NCBI GenBank assembly: GCA_041740355.1
Contig: JBGSMD010000009.1
Span: 1 to 64,000 of the forward strand
Direction: 5' to 3'
Length of the DNA: 64,000 nucleotides
DNA from: Bdellovibrionota bacterium
GTDB lineage: Bacteria > Bdellovibrionota_C > UBA2361 > CALJRW01
Shown piece after piece: positions 59,761-64,000 of this stretch. The position numbers and the translations under genes were made by a program. Every line of letters begins with the position of its first letter. The stretch's first letter is position 1. Under the pieces are notes generated by a model, which saw only the letters and a list, made by a program, of their open reading frames with translations, did not search any database and had not been told where the DNA came from.

Positions 59761-60771
59761 ATGAGAATAAGTTCTGCCATTGCCCACCCTAATATTGCCC
59801 TTGTTAAATACTGGGGAAAACGCGATCTAAATTTAATCTTACCACTTAACTCAAGTATTAGTGTGACCTTAGCCAATCTCGCCACTCATACGACCATTCA
59901 GATTGACCCTAGCTTTACCTCAGACTCTTTAAAGTTAAACGATATTGAGATTAGTTCTGAATCAAAGATCTTTCAGGAATACATTAATAGTTACCTAAAA
60001 ATTGTTCGTTATAAATTTAAGTTCACCGAAAAATTACGTATTATTTCAAAAAATAATTTCCCAACGAGTGCTGGACTAGCTTCTTCCGCTTCTGGCTTTG
60101 CTGCGCTTAGTGTCGCCTTAAATGATATTCTTGGACTTAACTTGGATTATAAAAAACTTAGCCAGATGGCTCGAGTCGGTTCCGGATCTGCGACTCGCTC
60201 AGTCTTAGGAGGTTTTAATTATTGGAATATGGGGCATGCCGCCGATGGCTCTGACTCCGAAATTGGCTTTATTGCAGATCAAAATCATTGGCCAGAACTT
60301 TGTATCGCCATTGCCATAACAGCAACCGGTGAAAAAATTTACTCCTCACGAGAAGGCATGCAAAGAACAGTTAAAACGTGTCCTATTTATAAAGCTGCTT
60401 GGCTTGATACTGTTAACCAAGATTTACAGGATATGGATAATGCCATTTTAACAAAAAACTTTACACTAATGGGTTCCGTTGCTGAAAAGAATGCTCTTAA
60501 AATGCACGCAACAATGCTTTCATCTACTCCACCAATTAATTATTGGAATGAAGCTACAAAATTAATTACTAATACAATTGTGGAACTTAGAGAGAATGGT
60601 CGCCTAGAATCTTATTTTACGATGGATGCTGGTCCTCAAGTAAAAATTTTATATCTTAAAAAAGATCAGCCAAAGGTAGAACATTACCTCGGAAAGTTAG
60701 AAGGCCTTAAAGAAATGGTGTTTACAAGCGTGGGTCCAAGCGCTGCTTTAATCAATCATCACTTAAGTTAA
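59761..60771 (+). CDS. mvaD: Diphosphomevalonate decarboxylase
   Basis: HPNIALVKYWGK, P.NSSISVTL, NNFPTSAGLASSASGFAAL, GSGSATRS, TMDAGPQV. Confidence 0.96.
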   Translation: MRISSAIAHPNIALVKYWGKRDLNLILPLNSSISVTLANLATHTTIQIDPSFTSDSLKLNDIEISSESKIFQEYINSYLKIVRYKFKFTEKLRIISKNNFPTSAGLASSASGFAALSVALNDILGLNLDYKKLSQMARVGSGSATRSVLGGFNYWNMGHAADGSDSEIGFIADQNHWPELCIAIAITATGEKIYSSREGMQRTVKTCPIYKAAWLDTVNQDLQDMDNAILTKNFTLMGSVAEKNALKMHATMLSSTPPINYWNEATKLITNTIVELRENGRLESYFTMDAGPQVKILYLKKDQPKVEHYLGKLEGLKEMVFTSVGPSAALINHHLS

Positions 60772-61898
60772 TGATTAACGTAAAGGCCACAGGAAAACTT
60801 GTCATTGCTGGGGAATGGTCGGTACTTGAAAGTGGCAACCCCGCTATTGTTGCTAGCGTGGATCGCTTTCTTAGCGTCAATCTAACTCCCAGAATCGATC
60901 AAAAAATAGTCCTTCGACTTCCAGATTTTCAACTGGAAATTTATGCTGAAATCAAAAATCATACACTTTTGATATCAAATGAACTAAGCACTACCTCTAA
61001 AGAACAAATTAAATTTATTAAGTCAGCGATTGAAGTTGCTTCCAAATATTTAGATATCAATTCTGGATTTGAGTTAACAACAAGCAGTGCAGATACAAAT
61101 TTTGATACGCCTGGTAGCCTGACAAAAATTGGATTTGGTTCCTCCGCGGGAATTACAGTCGCAACAATCTCAGCACTTTGCCAACTTTACCCTCCTCAAT
61201 CTTCCCAGGATATTTCTGAGGTGATCTTTAAATTAGCGATTATCAGTCATTTTCTAGCACAAGAGAAATTGGGTTCTGGCTTAGATATTGCTAGTGCAAC
61301 TTATGGTGGAATTATTCTCTACCGTTCTTTTGATGCAAAATGGCTTATATCTCAGATTGAATCTAAGACACTCCGAGAATTATTAGAGTGTCCCTGGCCT
61401 AATTGCCAAATTGAGAAATTGAACCTCCCAAAAGATTTAATTATACTTGCAGGATTTACTGGTCACTCGGCAAGTAGTTCTAAACTTATAAGTGCTATGA
61501 ATGAATTTAAAAATGATTCTCAAGTAAAAAGTATTTATCAAGCCATTGCCACTAATACGGAAGACTTAGTAATTAATTGGAAGAACGATTTTATAGAAAA
61601 AATACTAATTGGGATTAACAATAATCACTTGCTTTTAAAGCAGCTTGCCGAGACTACAAACCTACCTCTTTTCACTAAAGAGCTTGAATTATTAATCACG
61701 ACTGCTAACCGACATGGCTATGCCGCTAAGTTCTCTGGCGCTGGTGGAGGTGATTGTGGATTAGCATTTGGAAGTAATCCAGAACAGGCCAATTCAATTA
61801 GAAAATCTTGGAATAATCAGGGAATAATTCCACTTTCAATCCATTTCGCTTGCCCCTCCGATGTTACAGGAAATTCCTTTACCAAAATGCTTAAGTAA
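60771..61898 (+). CDS. mvaK2: Phosphomevalonate kinase (GHMP)
   Basis: GKLVIAGEW, KIGFGSSA, GSGLDIASATYGG, KFSGAGGGDCG; TAATG coupling to mvaD. Confidence 0.88.
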   Translation: MINVKATGKLVIAGEWSVLESGNPAIVASVDRFLSVNLTPRIDQKIVLRLPDFQLEIYAEIKNHTLLISNELSTTSKEQIKFIKSAIEVASKYLDINSGFELTTSSADTNFDTPGSLTKIGFGSSAGITVATISALCQLYPPQSSQDISEVIFKLAIISHFLAQEKLGSGLDIASATYGGIILYRSFDAKWLISQIESKTLRELLECPWPNCQIEKLNLPKDLIILAGFTGHSASSSKLISAMNEFKNDSQVKSIYQAIATNTEDLVINWKNDFIEKILIGINNNHLLLKQLAETTNLPLFTKELELLITTANRHGYAAKFSGAGGGDCGLAFGSNPEQANSIRKSWNNQGIIPLSIHFACPSDVTGNSFTKMLK

Positions 61899-61934
61899 AA
61901 AAGGCCCATTCCCATTTCAGATTTTCTGAATGCT

Positions 61935-62099
61935 TATAGTTAGTCCAAAAAAAATTACTTAAAAAACTAACGATTTTACTTGGACTCCCTATTTATGTTG
62001 TTTTTAGCTATGCAAACTTAGATATCCACCGTAGCTTTTGCTTTGGCGCGAGAGGAATCCAAGATTTGCATTATCCTTAATGAATCTGTCCAATTTACT
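61935..62099 (+). repeat. Direct repeat B (right flank), carrying an inserted REP-like unit
   Basis: Aligns to 59603-59740 with an extra CCACCGTAGCTTTTGCTTTGGCGCGAGAGG segment. Confidence 0.8.
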
Positions 62100-62129
62100 G
62101 AAGTAAATTATTTTTTGTCATTACGATAT

Positions 62130-63455
62130 TCACTTTGTGGTAAGCAACACGGTTTTTGGAAAACAAATTTTTTGAACAGTGACATAAATCATGAATGCCA
62201 TAAAAGTATTATTTATTGTCAAACCAATCCAAATTCCTTCTACTGCGTAATAACTGTAGACCACTGGAAAAAGTAATAAGGGAATGAATATTAATCTCAT
62301 GAATCCCAAAATCATTGGCCATTTTGGTCGCTTTAAAGCGAAGAATAAGGAATTACTCACTATAATCACCGAGTAAATAAATAAAAGAAACGAGGCATAA
62401 GAAAGATACTGACTGGCAATTTGAGTGACCTGGGGATCGCTTGTAAAAATTGCAATTAAATAACTTTTGAAAATAAAAACTAAGGCATAACCAATGAGTC
62501 CGATAATTACGGCAAATTTTAAGGATTGCTGATAAATCTTTTTGGCTGAATATAAATCGCCAGATCCATTGTACCTACCAGCCAAACTTTGAGTTGCCAT
62601 ACTTAGTCCAATGGCGGGTAAAAGCACAATCTGCTCAATCCTAATTCCAAGTCCATAAGCAGCAACGGCAGAGGCACCAGCTTTCGCTACAAAACTTATG
62701 ATAACATAAATACCAATACCAATAGTTAACATGTTAAGTGCCGCTAAACCGCTATGTTTAATTAATTCCATAAGCAAAAGCGGATTTGGTCTTAGATTCC
62801 TACATTCAGATAGTTGAAAAAAATTTCTCTTTCTTAAGATCATTAACAAATAAATTGCCTGCAAGGCCTCAATCAAAATTGTTGCTAAGGCAACTCCGGC
62901 TATACCCATTTTAAATGTAAACATAAAAAGTGGATTTAAAAGACAATTTAGAAATAATCCAAAAAACAAGGCATTTCTGAATTTCTTACTATCTCCTAAA
63001 GCAACAAGTGCAGCATTAAAAATATTAAAATAAATAAAACTAAAAGCTCCAATGAAAATGACTTGTAAATAACTTAAAGCATATGGAAAATAATCGGCGT
63101 CAGCACCTTGTAACCTTAATAATAATGGCGCGACTATGATGCCCAAAATTGAAATAAAAATACTGGCAAAAAAACCCAAAAAAATTGCTTGCCAAAGTAT
63201 TTTCCGAGCTTCGGTTTCCTGATTAGAACCTAATAAATTGGAAATTAAACTAGTGGTACCTGTTCCTAATCCCCCACTTACAGCAATAATTAAAAAGAAA
63301 ATCGGAAACGAGGCCGAAAGTCCGGCAAGCGCCGCGGTATTAAAAAGTCCCGCATAATAAGTATCGATCACATTAAACATTGTATGGAAAAAAAATCCGA
63401 GCGAAGCTGGGATTGCTATCGTGAGGATTTCTTTATTATATTTTTTATGCGTCAA
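62130..63455 (-). CDS. MATE family efflux transporter
   Basis: IAIPA…FNVIDT…G, GDSK, GIAGVALAT, AAYGLGIRIE; about 12 TM. Confidence 0.92.
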   Translation of the reverse strand: MTHKKYNKEILTIAIPASLGFFFHTMFNVIDTYYAGLFNTAALAGLSASFPIFFLIIAVSGGLGTGTTSLISNLLGSNQETEARKILWQAIFLGFFASIFISILGIIVAPLLLRLQGADADYFPYALSYLQVIFIGAFSFIYFNIFNAALVALGDSKKFRNALFFGLFLNCLLNPLFMFTFKMGIAGVALATILIEALQAIYLLMILRKRNFFQLSECRNLRPNPLLLMELIKHSGLAALNMLTIGIGIYVIISFVAKAGASAVAAYGLGIRIEQIVLLPAIGLSMATQSLAGRYNGSGDLYSAKKIYQQSLKFAVIIGLIGYALVFIFKSYLIAIFTSDPQVTQIASQYLSYASFLLFIYSVIIVSNSLFFALKRPKWPMILGFMRLIFIPLLLFPVVYSYYAVEGIWIGLTINNTFMAFMIYVTVQKICFPKTVLLTTK

Positions 63456-63928
63456 TTTAGATTACAAAGTGAAAATGAAAGATTAGTTAAGCACAATTAA
63501 TTAGATACCAAAACCCGAGAGAAGTAAGCTGATAAAAAGTTTTAGTAAGTTTGCCAATATTATTACCATCTTCGCTGGCAGGATTAAGAAAAATTTTTTG
63601 TAATATGCGAACCGAGTTTACTCAGATAAAGCCTATGGACCATGCTGAAGTGTTTGAATTAACTGCTAAATATTCAATTTTCTAACTACTGCTAATTTTA
63701 ATTTACAGTTGCATTTGAGCTGGCAGCACCTTTCCATTTTTGCAGCAAAGCTAAATTGCGAAAACTAAAAAGAGTGAAATATTTCTTTATAACATAATAT
63801 CAGATAGTTAAGCTTTTATCATAAAGATTGTCGACCTTCTCTACTAAGTGAATACAATTCCTTGTGGTTCTTTGTCTAGTTGGCTATAAAGTTCTGTACG
63901 AAAACTCCACTAATATTAGGACAAAAAC

Positions 63929-64000
63929 ATGAAGAAAATTACTTATGCTGGACACTCAGCAATCATACTTGAAGTTAACAACAAAGTTATTGCGATCGAT
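63929..64000 (+). CDS. 5' fragment of a metallo-beta-lactamase-fold hydrolase (UPF0173-like)
   Basis: MKKITYAGHSAIILEVNNKVIAID… preceded by AGGA; truncated by the window edge. Confidence 0.75.
   Translation, partial: MKKITYAGHSAIILEVNNKVIAID

Noticed and set aside
62043-62276. 77-aa ORF
   Set aside because: It starts with TTG inside a repeat and overlaps the MATE gene antisense.
63456-63928. Possible ncRNA or small gene in a 470-bp intergenic region
   Set aside because: Only very short ORFs; no tRNA cloverleaf, riboswitch or repeat-family match that I could support.

Overview
AT-rich bacterial chromosome segment (about 35% GC by eye). Gene content tentatively suggests a Bdellovibrionota/deltaproteobacteria-like lineage. 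Most of it is scrambled housekeeping genes: ftsK, an M16 peptidase pair, an NtrC-type regulator, livHMG, an ABC-2 exporter, typA, manA, nadA/nadB, menB/menE, double-length uvrA, dksA, mvaD plus phosphomevalonate kinase, and a MATE pump. These are interspersed with type IV pilin-like genes and orphans. No rRNA, tRNA, CRISPR or intact transposase was seen. Top finding: an un-annotated 46-aa ORF (51336-51476) with a textbook lasso-peptide leader (YQKPKLIKYGSLKELT) and a predicted core FGGSMAADFFGMQT. It lies between a stand-alone PqqD/RRE gene and a PRMT-fold methyltransferase whose Arg-binding motifs are altered, and no lasso cyclase or leader peptidase is present in the window, so it is a candidate split or non-canonical RiPP system. 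Other notable items: (1) a beta-CA/Cys-free ArsR/SulP/beta-CA module with a repeated palindromic operator; (2) an ATP-grasp/7TM/retropepsin operon with an extra pseudo-protease; (3) an unnamed domain shared by two secreted proteins flanking menBE; (4) a 128-bp tandem repeat upstream of menB; (5) a TA-flanked MITE family and a REP-like family, with direct repeats bracketing the mevalonate genes.
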